64,000 nucleotides of DNA from Ginglymostoma cirratum (GCA_024137785.1 JAHRHZ010000115.1:701579-765578); one strand, 5' to 3'. Counted from the first letter of the stretch, positions 24,330 through 37,640 are shown. The notes: a model not told the origin generated them from the letters alone. Program-made: numbers and translations.

Positions 24330-25330
24330 CTCCGTCTTCCCTTTTTCCTCCATCCCCATCTCCAACAACAAGTGCAAGGAGCTCATACGTGTCACTAAAA
24401 TTGCGATAATCTAATCAGCTGCCTCCGCTTCTTTCTTTCCGTTTCACTCACTCACCATGCAATACTGTCTCTAAAGTTCCTCCTTGTCTGGGCGCTAAAC
24501 TTAGATCTTTCTTCAGTGTCTCTCCCATCTTGTCCTCATCTTGTCCATGAGCCCAACTACTCTGAGTTCAAAATTATTCCTCATGAATTCCTAAGTAGTC
24601 TGTTTCCCGGTGCTATAAATGACGTTTTCTTCAGGTTCTGTCCCTCTTTTCTTTAAATCTGCCATTACTCCAATCTCAAAGAAAACAAGGTTTTATCCCC
24701 TCCTTCCAAACTATTGTCCCCGTCTCCAACTTTGCTTTCTTTCCTTAAAATCAATGTCATCTTGTAAATCTGTTCCAACTTTTCCAGAACTCCATGTTTG
24801 AATATCTCCAATCAGGTTTCTGTCGCTAACACATTGCGCATGCAGATTCTATCAAAATTATAAATTACATCCTTTTTTACTCTATCGAAGGTAAGCCAAC
24901 ACATCTCGTCTTCCTGAGCCTAATGTAGCCTTTAATAAAATTGACCACAACATGGCGCTCCAGTTTTGAAGAACAAGATGTTGGACTCAATGTAAACTCT
25001 CTTTCTCTCTTCACAGATGTTGCCAGGCCTGCTGAGTTTCTCCAACATCCTCTGTGTTTGTTTCAGATTTCCAGAATCCACAGTAATTTGCTTCTGTTTC
25101 TTCCAATACACCTCCACCGTTATTGAGCTGAGTGGGATTACTCTCTCCTGGTCGTTTCCTTCTCTATCTGATCGTAGCACTGGCAATACATTCCACTCCC
25201 ACTCACATACTTCTCTCTGGTTCCCCAGAGGATCTAGCCTTCGCCTCCTTTATTTCTCATCAATATGCTGCCAACAATGACCGCATCTTTAAACATCGTA
25301 TCAGATGTTCATTAATAGCTGGCAGCTCGA
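24330..25330 (+). mobile_element. Degraded L2-like LINE RT fragment with a nested short repeat (24960-25095)
   Basis: FKSAITP.SKK..NY.P; TTTGAATATCTCCAATCAGGTTTC (QSGF); TCTGGTTCCCCAGAGGATCT (GVPQGS-like). Confidence 0.65.
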
Positions 25331-25779
25331 CCTTAGCACCGTCCGAAAAACCATCACTATGTAATCCCTCCTCGTCGTTCCAGATTCTGGGCCTGGGCTC
25401 CTACCGGTTCTTTTTTCTTCTCCAGATTCTCTCTCTTCCTGTTCTTAAAGTCACGATTCAGGCAGTGGTTCAACGTTATTGTTTCACTCAAATTCACCAA
25501 ATAACACAGGTCACGACAGCATAAGTTTGCAAAGAATCGATATTCCTGATTGTGGAGGAAATTCCAGTGGTTAGCTCAGATTTTCCTTGTTCCCAGGGCT
25601 GTTGTACCAAGCGGAGTCGGTGAGTTAAATTGATGCCGTCTCATCAATTCCTTTTGTGATCCCTCACTGAACTACAACAATAACTGCAACGACAACGCAA
25701 AGACGAGCGTTTGAAAGTAGCAAAATTTCTCAAACAGTTCCACAGGAATTCAAGCACCTATTAAATCATTTCAAGTTAT

Positions 25780-26880
25780 AGAATTCTCGCATGGAAACAG
25801 ACAGGCCATGTTTCCCAAGCTAAACTAATCCCAATTGCTTGTTTTTGCCAACTATCACTCTAAACCTTATCTATTCATGTACCTGTCTAAATGCCTTTAA
25901 ATGTAACTGTACCCGAATTTGTCATTTATTCTGGCAGTTCGTTCCAGACATGACCATAACTCTGTGTGGAAATGTTGCCCGCCAAGTCCTTCTCAATTTT
26001 TCTCTTCTCACATTAAAAATATCCCCCTAATTTTGCATTTAATTTCCCTGTGGAAATACCTTTGTTATTCATGTTGACCATGTCCCTCATGATTTTATAA
26101 ACCTCTATAAGGTCACCCCTCAACCTCCTATGCTCCGGTGAAAAATGTCCCAGCCTATCCTTACAACGCAAACCCTCCAATCCTGGCAACATACCGGTAA
26201 ACATTTTTTGAACTCTCGCCAATTTAATTACATCCTTCCCAAAGCAGTGTAGACGTGTACACAGTGCTCCAAACGCGACCTTAGAAACGTCCTGTAAAAC
26301 AGAAACTTGATGATCCAACCCCTGTACTCAATGGTCTGGGCAATGGTCTGGGCACGCTACACGCCTTCTTAACCAATCTGTTCACCTGTGATGTAACTTT
26401 CAAAGAACTATATACCTGAACCCCTGGGTCTCTCTGCTCGACAACACTCCCTACATCCCTTATGTTAATTGAATAAGCCCTTTCCTTGTTTGTTTTACCA
26501 AAATGCAGTGCCTGGCATTTATCCAAATTAAACTTCTTCTGCCACTCCTTCTCCCATTGGCCCATTGTTCAAGATCCCTTTGGAATCTTAGATAACCTTT
26601 TTCTCTATTGACTAAACCACCGATTTTGATATAACCACAAGCTTACTAACCAACAGTCTTAAATTTTCATCCAAATTCTTTATATTAATATCAAACAAAC
26701 GTGGAGCCATCATCAATCCCTGTGGAACACAACTGTCCACCAATACTCTCTGTCTCCGACTGTCAAGCCAATTTTGCATCGAATTAGCTTGCTCACCCTG
26801 AATCCAATTTCATATAACTTTACGAATTAGTCTACAATGCGAAACTTTGTCAAAGACTTTACTAAAATCTATTTCAACAA
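25780..26880 (-). mobile_element. CR1-like LINE 3' portion
   Basis: ORFs 26281-26565 (WQKKFNLDKCQALHFG) and 26013-26318 (RRLRGDLIEVYKIM). Confidence 0.88.
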
Positions 26881-29298
26881 CTTCTGCCACAATGGGTTTT
26901 GCACATAAATTATTCAATTGGAAACACGAATAATTTACTAGTGATAGGTAATTGCTGGAAATAAAAAGAAATGGGTGACTTGCCGATGGGAAGTGAAAGT
27001 TACAACGTGAAGAAGGACACTTCTAGATATAAAAGGTAATAAAAGGAAAACTTCCTCCATTCTTCATGCTCAGGTCTTACCTGGATGCTGTACCATCAGG
27101 GTATTTCCTGTTTTGTTTTATTAACTCAAGTTCCTCTCACCCGCTGTTTCATACTTGCCAACCATTTGTTAACGGTTTTTTGCCTTTTCAGGTTGCAGGT
27201 TGCCTTATCCTGTGCATTCTCAGACTTCAATATTTGGAGTCCTTGCTGTTTCAACCTGTGCCTCGGCCTATAAAACACAGTTGCAGAAGAGCGTTAATAA
27301 AAGAACTTAAGGTAAAATACTGAGATATTTAGAGAAAGCGTAGAACTTCAACAGACAGGTTGCAGGAACGGACGTCAAGTGGAAATCCAGTATTTCTAGC
27401 ACTTCTGACCTCTGCCTGCCCTGATCAACATCAACTTCTGGCGTACCATTTTTGAGAGCTGTTATTCATTGATATCCTTGTGAAAGATATATCTCAGTCT
27501 CATGGAGGTGTGACGTGGTTCTTTCTTTTGTAATGGATTCAGAAGAACATCTAATGATAAATGTGTAAATCCAAAGACGTGCAGAACAGAGGATCCTCCA
27601 TGGATACGTGCACAAATCAGGAAATATACTATAAGGTCTCGAGAGAAGGACAAATCAACATTATTTCATAAATGGCACTGCAGAGAACAATTACAAAGGA
27701 ATCGTGTTAAACTGAAATAGAACAGTCGCTTTACTCACCTGGAAAATTGCGTCCAGTTTCAGATGTTACATCCTTGTAAGAATACAAAGTCAGGAGAGAG
27801 GGTAAATGGCTGATTGTTTTATTTTTGAGAATTCACACGCGTGTAATTGTTGTATGTATTTAAGTCGACCGTTGATCTCTTGTTGAAGCATAACACAAGG
27901 ATTAAATGGTGAATTAAGATAAATTACAAGTTTGACAAGTTCTTATCAAATAATTAACCACCATTGGATACTCCAGGCTGACCAGGATATCAGATTTCAC
28001 CGAGGCAAATCTTAATTAATGAGTGAAATGCCTACAGCTGTTTTCATAAGGGATTCATATGTATCTCCCAGAATAAATACACTATAACTTCCGGAGAGAG
28101 CTTCAGCATCTGAGAACAGGTTCTATTTTTGGTGCTGAATTCTGTCTTGTGCCACATAGGACCCAATGGCTGAATATTCCCAGTAATTTTGATCTCTGCC
28201 TTGCCTAATGGACATCGACGTCTGGTTTATAATTTTGAGGGTTGCTATTCAGTGATATCCGTGTATCAGATAGACCATGGGTTCATTTCTTGGAATTTTG
28301 ACAGCTGTGGTGTGTCAAGTGGATCTCGGGATTTATGCTCCATGAGGCTCATGTGTGAGAAAAACTCCATTTTTAAGAATCAGCCCTTGGTTGGTTCACG
28401 TGTTGTGTCGGTATTCCGGTCTGAACGTTGACATTTTTGGCTGATGAATGTTTAGTTGGTCATTGTAGGTGGAGATTTGCCCATTAGGAACCCAGGCTCC
28501 ACCGACATTAGGAGTATTTTTGTTTTAGACAGAGTAAGCTGTCTGCCTTTTGTAGGCTTCTGGTGGAAAAATGCTCGTGATTTTTGTAATCAGTTGACCC
28601 GAGAAAGTGAACCTTTGCGCGTATGAGGAATCATTAGAAGGACTCCTTGCGCTCTAATCATTGTGCATCTGGAGTACCGTATTCCAATTTGGCCTCAAGG
28701 TAGCTAAGCATTAACCCAAATGGCTGGATGAAACACAATCTGACGTAAGAGAAAAACATTTGACTGGGAACAGAGTGGGGCGTGTAAACTTGGAAAAATG
28801 TATCATTACTGATGGGCCTTGAAGAAAGAATTAAGCGAACTCAAGGTTCATACATATTCATTCAAGGTTTATTAACCATTTCAGACAACACTGTTAACGA
28901 AGAGTTTATGTTAATGTTAACAGAAGTGAATATGACTGGGTTGCCACATTAAAATTAGAGCGCATGCGCTCTGAGCTGTAAATTTTAAGTACATTTGTAA
29001 AAGTCACCAGAAAGAGAAAATACTGCCTCAACATAAAGGGTTGGCAGCAATTCTGAATATGAACACCACTAACAACAACAGACTTCAAACAATTGGGAAG
29101 GGACAAATTATTGCATCATAATTATATCAACGATACCAAAAAAAAGTAAAATGGAAAAACCGTCAATTATTTTCCCTGTTACATATTCTTAAACTGAAGT
29201 TATTTCACTGCTAGAGTCAATGACAGGACAGATTGTTGATTTGGAATTCAGAGGCTTCGACAACCAGATGAGGAGAATCTGCGGGGTCCAAAATTCAT

Positions 29299-29307
29299 TC
29301 ACTTGAC
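29299..29307 (-). CDS. IGHM: IgM TM2 exon, coding part (copy 2, V-K-stop)
   Basis: ttttccAG|GTC AAG TGA on the minus strand. Confidence 0.85.
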   Translation of the reverse strand, partial: VK

Positions 29308-29444
29308 CTGGAAAAGAGGGATAAAGTGACAACGCAGACAGTTATGATCGAGGCATTCAGATTTTAATTTTTATTCCATGACACTTAAAAACTTCACAAA
29401 TCATATTCGTGTGTTTGAATTACGAATGATTTAACTATTCCCAC

Positions 29445-29572
29445 CTTCACCAAAGTGACGGCAGCGCTATAGGTAATACCCTGGAAGAAGAAGATAATGA
29501 ATGTAGAAGCAATTGCCCAGATGTTGCCGTTATCATCCTCATAGTCTTCAATCCAAGTGCTATTTATCAAGT
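29445..29572 (-). CDS. IGHM: IgM TM1 exon (copy 2)
   Basis: cgtAG acceptor, AAG|GTGGGA donor, 128 bp like copy 1; (D)LINSTWIEDYEDDNGNIWAIASTFIIFFFQGITYSAAVTLVK. Confidence 0.88.
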
Positions 29573-30149
29573 CTACGAACGTAAAGCCGAGAAAAAGTAC
29601 TTAGATTGATTATTGATCCAGTCTGATATATTGTATCTAAAATAATATAATCGGGGCCTGCACATCTTCTTCAAGTCGTTAGATTGCTCTCAAATTTGAC
29701 TCTATCTGTAACGATCATTGCGTTAGTGACTCTCAACAATAATTTGCTGATACTAACTACACATGTTCTTCCTTTGTTATCCATGCTGGATCATTTTGAT
29801 GTATTTCATCAGTTAGTCTATTATTGGAAAATATTACTATTGTTATCGTACGAGGAATACTCATTGGGAACGATTACATTAATTGTGTCATTACATTTTC
29901 AATATAAGCTGTGACAGCTGTTTAGTTAAAAAAGAATTATCGTCATCACTGGATAAGAGTTGAAATTTGATTGTTTATTTTCTTCATTTGTATAGGACCA
30001 ATTGCTTGGCAAATCATGAACATAAATTAGATCCACAGTAAGAACGTTTCTTCATATTCTTATCAAAAGGACCTCCATTGGAATAATATTTTGTGCTTGT
30101 GGCCTTGGTTTATTTTTGTCTACAGCTTGGTGTGTATATTTTTCCTTCA

Positions 30150-31240
30150 ATGTTTGTGTATGTGGTTATGGGTGCCTCTTAGTGTGCACGTGTCTATGTT
30201 GGAGTTTGTTCATGAGTAAACATATTCGTGTTCCTGTAGTGCTAGTGTATTCATTTACATGATTGCGCTCGTGTACGTAATTTTTGTTCGTTTCACATTG
30301 CGCAAGCATCATTGTGTTAATATGTCACTTCATTCGCTGATGCCTCTGTTTATCTTTTAATATTTTTGACGTGTTTTTTATGTGTTAGTGCCATCTAAAA
30401 TATGTGATTGTGTGTCTATTTCAGATCCTACCTACGTAAGGTTATTTTCATGTTCGTGGTTCATGAATGTATGCTAGTGTGAAACTTCATGTTTTGATGG
30501 ATGGTAATATATACGTAATTTTGACTGTTTGACAATGTGTGACAATGTACCCTAAACCATCTCCTGAGATGTTTGCTTATACTATTGTTTGTGGATGGCT
30601 GCTGCCGCTTGTGTGATCGTCCTTTTTTTTGTAAATGCCCCACTATTTGTTGATCTATGCACTTGCGTCTCTGCATGTAAGACTCCGAAATTGTGCGCAT
30701 GCATTACCATGTATGTGTACTAATCAACGTGGTTTAAAAATAAATAATAAAGCTGCCTCTGTCCTCATATGTCTATTTCTGTGAAAGTGGGATTAAAAAA
30801 AATGAGATGAACGTTTATCTCTGTGCTCATATGTGCCTGTGTGAGTGTACATGCGGGAGGACATTTCTTGGATATTGTATGTGTGTGTTTATTCATTATT
30901 ACTGTGTATGAATATACATGTATTCATGTCCATTTGTGTGTTAATATGTGAATGTTTTTCAGTTATATCTGGGTAACCTGTTCATTTGAGTATGTATTTC
31001 TTTCTGTGTTAGTACGTTTTTGTGAGTATTTAAATGAGTGTTCATATATCATATACATGTATGCGTCTGTACATGCGTGCGTGCGTGACGGCTTATTTGT
31101 ACGTACATTCATGTGTGCGCATACACATCGTCCCTTTAGGTGAGAACCTATACGTGTGTGTCTTTATGTGTGCGTATGTGAGCATGTATCTGTATTTGCG
31201 TGTGTTTTGCTCTTATACCAGACTGTGTTCGTTTATGTTT
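30150..31240 (-). repeat. TG-rich tract (CA-rich on the copy-2 sense strand), homolog of 13335-14360
   Basis: Imperfect TG/GT repeats flanked by sequence alignable to the copy-1 intron. Confidence 0.75.
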
Positions 31241-32398
31241 TCGAAACTTAATCGATTGCCAAATATTAGGTCTGACCCTAATGGTGCAGGTAACATTTCT
31301 CGCCGTCATGGAGAGGTTAACGTTTTGTGAATGACTCTTTCATTACTATGATAGAATTTCCGCCTCCGACACAGGACGCCCAAGTTCAATGCCCCACTAC
31401 TGCAGAGATGTGTAATAACATTCCAGAGTATGTTGATTAGAAAACTTCTGCAAGTGTTCTGTATGTGAAACAAAATGGCGTCAGGTGTTCGAAAAGCAGA
31501 ATTGATCCGAGGTCCTCCAGAAAACGGAGTCAACACTGTGGAATACATATTGGAATGATGCAATCATCAATTTAATTTTGGATTATGGGGAATTGTTAAC
31601 AGATGATTAACGGGACAAGTGTGTCCAACATTCTTCAAAGGAATTACTTTGCATGGAAATTTTGAATCTTCGGACAATAAGCAAGAAGCTGATAGTTTCT
31701 GTTAACAACTGGGTCACATTACAGAGGGCCTCTAACGTGAAAATTCTGCACGCGGAGAAAGAGCACAATCTGTTAATCATTCCCATCTCCTCTCCCTCTG
31801 CTTAATGATAAAAAATTCTTTTAGCTCTCTTTTAGTTGTGGAAATGAAGATACATTCTGTCAATCGATGTACTGCTGCGAAATCTCTAGCACTTCCCCAG
31901 AAACAAAGGCTAAATTCACGTTAGTCTGCATTCTATGCGATTGGCGCACTCAGTAATTCTTTTCTGTTAGTGTTCCCAATCAAAAAATAATTTTAAAAGT
32001 CTCTCAAGTTTATGTTCCGATTTGGTGCAATGTGGCATTTTAAAGCTGACTTGAATTTTATAGGAATAAGCAATTGGGAAATCAGAAGCACTGAGATCAA
32101 AATTCGTGGTGTTCATTTGTCATGAAATGGGCCTTGTCAGATTTCATCTCAGTGGGATTTAAGATGGAGAAGGTAGGTTGCGGAATCCTGCAATAAGTGA
32201 GCTTTACTCTGTCTCTGATCCAGGGTGCATGTGAGCAGGGAGCATCAACTGCATAAAACTCAAGTCCTAGACCCGATAATAACCAACTTTAACTGGAAGG
32301 ATGGAATGTTAGTAAAAGTGCGAAACACAATTACTTAAACAGTTGTGTATTTAAATCACAATTGGAAGAAACAAAACACTATTATTTTTATTGAATTC

Positions 32399-32811
32399 TT
32401 AAATGTAAGCCTGAGATTTGCATTGGCACAAAATAATTGTTTCCATCAGTGCAATTGAAATATTCACAAAACTTGGTTTACCGCTGAATTTATCAACCGT
32501 TCTGTTGATGATCTTCAATGGAATCGCTTCATGTCCCACTACACAGGAGTAAGAAGCACCGCTGGCCCACTCCTCCGCTGCAATGGGTAACAGGCTGTAC
32601 ATGAAGAAGGAGGTGTTGTCGCTCTCCGCCATCATCTCAGTACTTTTGTAGTTACTAGGATTCACCGGCTTGTCGTTGCTGGTCCAGTTGACGAAGATCT
32701 CACTGGGGGTGAAACCTCTCACTAAACAGGTGAGCGAGAGAAAGCTCTGAGCGGAGACTTCATCGGCCGGTGGCAGGAGGACAGACACTGATGGCTCTAC
32801 CGGATTTATCA
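32399..32811 (-). CDS. IGHM: IgM Cmu4 exon with extended secretory tail (copy 2; headless gene, possibly a pseudogene)
   Basis: ctgcAG acceptor; [57 protein letters not shown]; internal donor AGCG|GTAAAC intact; AATAAA at 32387-32392. Confidence 0.9.
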
Positions 32812-33099
32812 CTGCAGAATATTGTAAGAAAAGATAATTTTTTTAAAAGTCCATATTCAATATTAGGATTTCACTAAATATTAAAATATTCAATTTTACA
32901 TTGGGATTTATTTACTTTCATTTTCTAAAGAAGCAGAATAGCAACCATTCTGTTCAATAAACAAAGTGTTTAGTTCGAAAATCATTTCGAGCCATGTTTC
33001 CAGCCCAGAACGAGGAAATTCTGTCCATTTGTCATTTCTGTTGTTTACATCACAAACCCTCAGGTTTCTTCCCACCTTATTTGAATTATAATAGAATAT

Positions 33100-33198
33100 C
33101 GATTTATGAAGAGGGATCCCGACCCGAAACGTCCAGTTTCCTAGTGCTAAGATACTGCCTGGCCCGCTGTGTTCCTCCAGTTCCACGCTGTGTTATCC
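33100..33198 (+). mobile_element. Short PLE terminal-repeat fragment in the copy-2 Cmu3-Cmu4 intron
   Basis: ATGAAGAGGGATCCCGACCCGAAACGTC..GCCTGGCCCGCTGTGTTCCTCCAG..TGTTATC; absent from the homologous copy-1 intron (~11465). Confidence 0.75.
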
Positions 33199-33359
33199 TT
33201 CAATCCATCTTTTTCTTAATCAGCTACTCAGCTATCCGGCCGTGAAATGCATCATTAATGCTCCGAACGATGTTAGTTCATTACCAATCAAACATGCTTT
33301 TAATATAACTGGATCTAAATTAGACATGGGAAAATTGGTGCTGTAATCTCACCACTCAC

Positions 33360-33668
33360 CTTCCTCTTTGTGAATGAAGGCTGTCAGAGGAGTCGGTAGA
33401 TCCTGATGGCTCACTGCGCAGTAGAACTTAACCCCACGCAGCCAGGCTTCAGTGGAAATATCTAATTTGCCGATTAAGCTATTGGGATGTTGTTCGATCT
33501 GGTCAGCAATCTCTGATTTCAGAGTCTTCTTTCCTTGTGTCCAGTTGACGCTGTCACCAAAAGGAAGATTGGACATAACACAGGTTAATGTCATCGACGT
33601 CTCCAGTAAGACCTGCTCCACTGGCGGCGGTAGTATTTTAACTGTGTAATCGCGGCACTCCGAAATGA
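33360..33668 (-). CDS. IGHM: IgM Cmu3 exon (copy 2)
   Basis: aatAG acceptor, G|GTGAGT donor; [50 protein letters not shown]; open frame. Confidence 0.9.
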
Positions 33669-34879
33669 CTATTAAGTAGAAATCAGAATCAATGAAAAAT
33701 GTCTTTTTAGGATCAAAACACCAGTCTTCAGGCTATTTCCTCACAAGGTGAAGGAATCACCTTCGAGATGGCAACTTCCAAGTATTCCTGAAACGATGCT
33801 TATTATTGTTCATATATTTTGATTTGTGAAATCGTTCGTGATTACCTATAAAATGACCTGTCTAATTTTTCCTCAAGAACACTGGTTTCGCAGCAAGTGA
33901 AACCTGTGAAAAAAAATTCAATGCTGCCGTGACGTAACCCATGAAATAAACTTCCTTTCAGAGTTCTTCTCTCACTTAAGGCCATCCATTGATACTTGTG
34001 ACAAAACTAATCTCCGCTCAGTGTAACGGCTTCGTTTCAACATTGATGAACCATACTTGCAAATGTCGCTGGTCACGCTGAGTGCCAAGTCAAATTACGA
34101 ATTCCGGGCAAACTGTAATCAAACGTAATTATTCTCTTATTCCTTATGTATTCACAGACCTCTTCGTGGGTTAAAGGAACGGTGAACGGCCACAGAAAAT
34201 CTGTTCAATGTGATTAATCGTGATCGAAAATAAGTTGCATTATTGGTATGAGATCATTCTGTAAAATATGTCATGCGATATTATTTCTCATGTGCTGGAT
34301 TTGGAGTAGTTCTGAAGACAAGACACTGAACACTGCATTGAAAATAAGGGACGGCACTCATCACCTCACGCCTTTCCCTCCATTCAGTTAGTTAATGGCT
34401 GGTCTCTACCTTCACTTTATTTACCAATCTTCAATTTTTTAATTTCTTCACAGAACAAAAAGAAATCAAGCAGGAGCATTTTAAATTCATGTACAAACTC
34501 AACGGAAGTTTGCGTTAGTGAAATTCAGACTTGCATTACTCACTGTGTGAACATCTCCGTGCTGAACTCAGGCTGAAACAGCTTGTCTCTAACTCTGAGT
34601 TCATTCATCATTATTGTGGCATTCCCATTAGCATTTATTCTCTTGCCACATACAGAAATTACATAGAACGTCCTAAAGAGGCTCGATTAGATCACGTTTA
34701 TATTTGCTAATCAAATATGATACCCGCTTGGTCTGTGGTCTGGTGTCATGATTGAAATTGAAGAGCCCTGAAATATAAAAGCTATGTCGTACCACGCCCA
34801 AAGCCAACAGATAATTCCTGAGCTTGGAGTGAAGTATTGAACGTGTTTTGTTTTATTTTCAAATTAGTTTATTTTATTT

Positions 34880-35616
34880 TACTGACAGAGGGGTCTTGGG
34901 GTCCAACAGAGGGATCTTGGGGTCCACCTCCATAGATACCTCAAAGTTGCTACCAAAGTTGATAGGGTTGTAAAGAAGGCGTACAGTGTGTTGGCTTTCA
35001 TTGGCAGGGGAATTGAGTTTAAGAGCTGTGAGGTTATGCTGCAGCTCTATAAAACCGTGGTTAGACCACACTTGGAAAATTGTGTTCAATTCTGGTCACC
35101 TTATTATAGGAAAGATGTGGAAGCTTTAGAGAGGGTGAGCAGATGTGGAAGCTTTAGAGAGCAGAGGAGATTTACCAGGATGCTGCGTGGACTGGAGGGT
35201 AGGTCTTATGAGGAAAGGCTGAGGGAGCTAGGGCTTTTTTCATTGGAGTGAAGAAGACGGCTTGATAGAGGCTTACCAGATGACGAAAGGCATAGATAGA
35301 GTGGACAGTCAGGGATCTTCTCCCAGGGCGGAAATGACTATTACGAGGGTGCATCATTTTAAGGTGATTGGAGGAAGGTATAGGGGAGATGTCAGAAGTA
35401 GGTTCTTTGCACAGAGAGTGGCGGGCGTGTGGAATGCGCTACCGGCAGTGATAGTGAAGTCAGATATTTTAGAGACTTTTAAGCGACTCTTGGATAGACA
35501 CTTGGAGGATAGTAAAATGTAGGGTATGCAGGGTAGATTGATCTTAGTAGGATAATAGGTCGGCACAACATCGTGGACCGACGGGCCTTTACTGTGCTGT
35601 ACTGTTCTATGTTCTA
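34880..35616 (+). mobile_element. CR1-like LINE 3' fragment specific to copy 2
   Basis: LAFIGRGIEFKS..LYKTVVRPHLENCVQFWSP; tail ACTGTTCTATGTTCTA; site empty in copy 1 (~8495). Confidence 0.9.
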
Positions 35617-35960
35617 AAAAAGAGTCCTGCATATTTCTACGATGTCACCTTCAGTCCACAAGGTCATAAGAATTAGGAGCAGGATCAGGTTATTCACCCA
35701 ATTAAGACTGTTCCACCATTCGATCATGGCTAATAAGCTTCGCAACCTCATTCTCCCGCCTTCTCCCCTGCTAAGCAAGAGCCCATCTATTTCTGTCTTC
35801 AGTACCCTCAAAGACTTTGCCTCCGCAGCCCTCTGTGGCAATGAGATCCACAGATCCACGGATACATCACTTTCTGGCTGAAGAAATTTCTCTTCATCTC
35901 CGTTCTAAATGGTCCTACATTTGACTCTGAGGCGGTGCTCTCGGGTCTTAGTTTCGCCTA

Positions 35961-36400
35961 CCTGCTGAGTTTCTTTAGAATTTTTTTGTTTTTATTTCGG
36001 GTTTTTAGCATTCGCTGTTTGTTGTTTCATTTTTTAAAAAGTCTCTATTCTCAGATGAAACAAAGTACGTTGTTCAGGGAGAAAAATGAATTTCCAACAA
36101 TTAGGCAGATTCAATGATACTTAATATCAGAGATTCATTGAATGTGAGTGACCTGATCTAGAGCCATAGTTTCAGAGTAACAGTAAATTCATTGTCATTG
36201 GAGTTCAACCTATTACCCAGAAATGTAACATTTGATTAGGTGCCTCAGAACTGAGAGCCCTGACCAAATTGTTACAATCAGAATAAACCTCTCAGTAACA
36301 AAAAGTAGACTGTAATTGTTCCAATAAAAAAAAAACTGTTCACCGCCAGCGATAGCCTAACGAATTGACACAATGATAGGAAGACAGAAGCAGGAGTAGG
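35961..36400 (+). other. Inverted remnant of the IgM J-Cmu1 intron (homolog of ~2675-3100)
   Basis: Colinear similarity in the + orientation, e.g. AATGTGAGTGA.CTGAT..GAGCC.TAGTTTCAGA, TTTGATTAGGTGCCTCAGA, GATAGCCTAACGAAT. Confidence 0.85.
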
Positions 36401-36424
36401 GTTAGGGTTACCGAAACCGAAACC
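36397..36424. repeat. Short telomere-like filler TAGGGTTAGGGTTA-CCGAAACCGAAACC at a rearrangement junction
   Basis: Read directly; lies where Ig-intron similarity stops and ZNF sequence starts. Confidence 0.6.
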
Positions 36425-36473
36425 AATCATTACCTCAGGATCGGACAGATATGCCCCATTTGCACAAACTGAA

Positions 36474-37640
<1,167 letters not shown>

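Noticed and set aside
27192-27311. Possible + strand exon (ttttcAG .. AAG|GTAAAA)
   Set aside because: No recognisable product or partner exons; unsupported without RNA data.
32399-33668. Copy 2 as IgW, IgNAR or the CH2-less IgM1gj type
   Set aside because: Exons and introns are colinear with the mu gene in this window, and Cmu1 is also missing; the junction shows rearrangement rather than clean exon loss.
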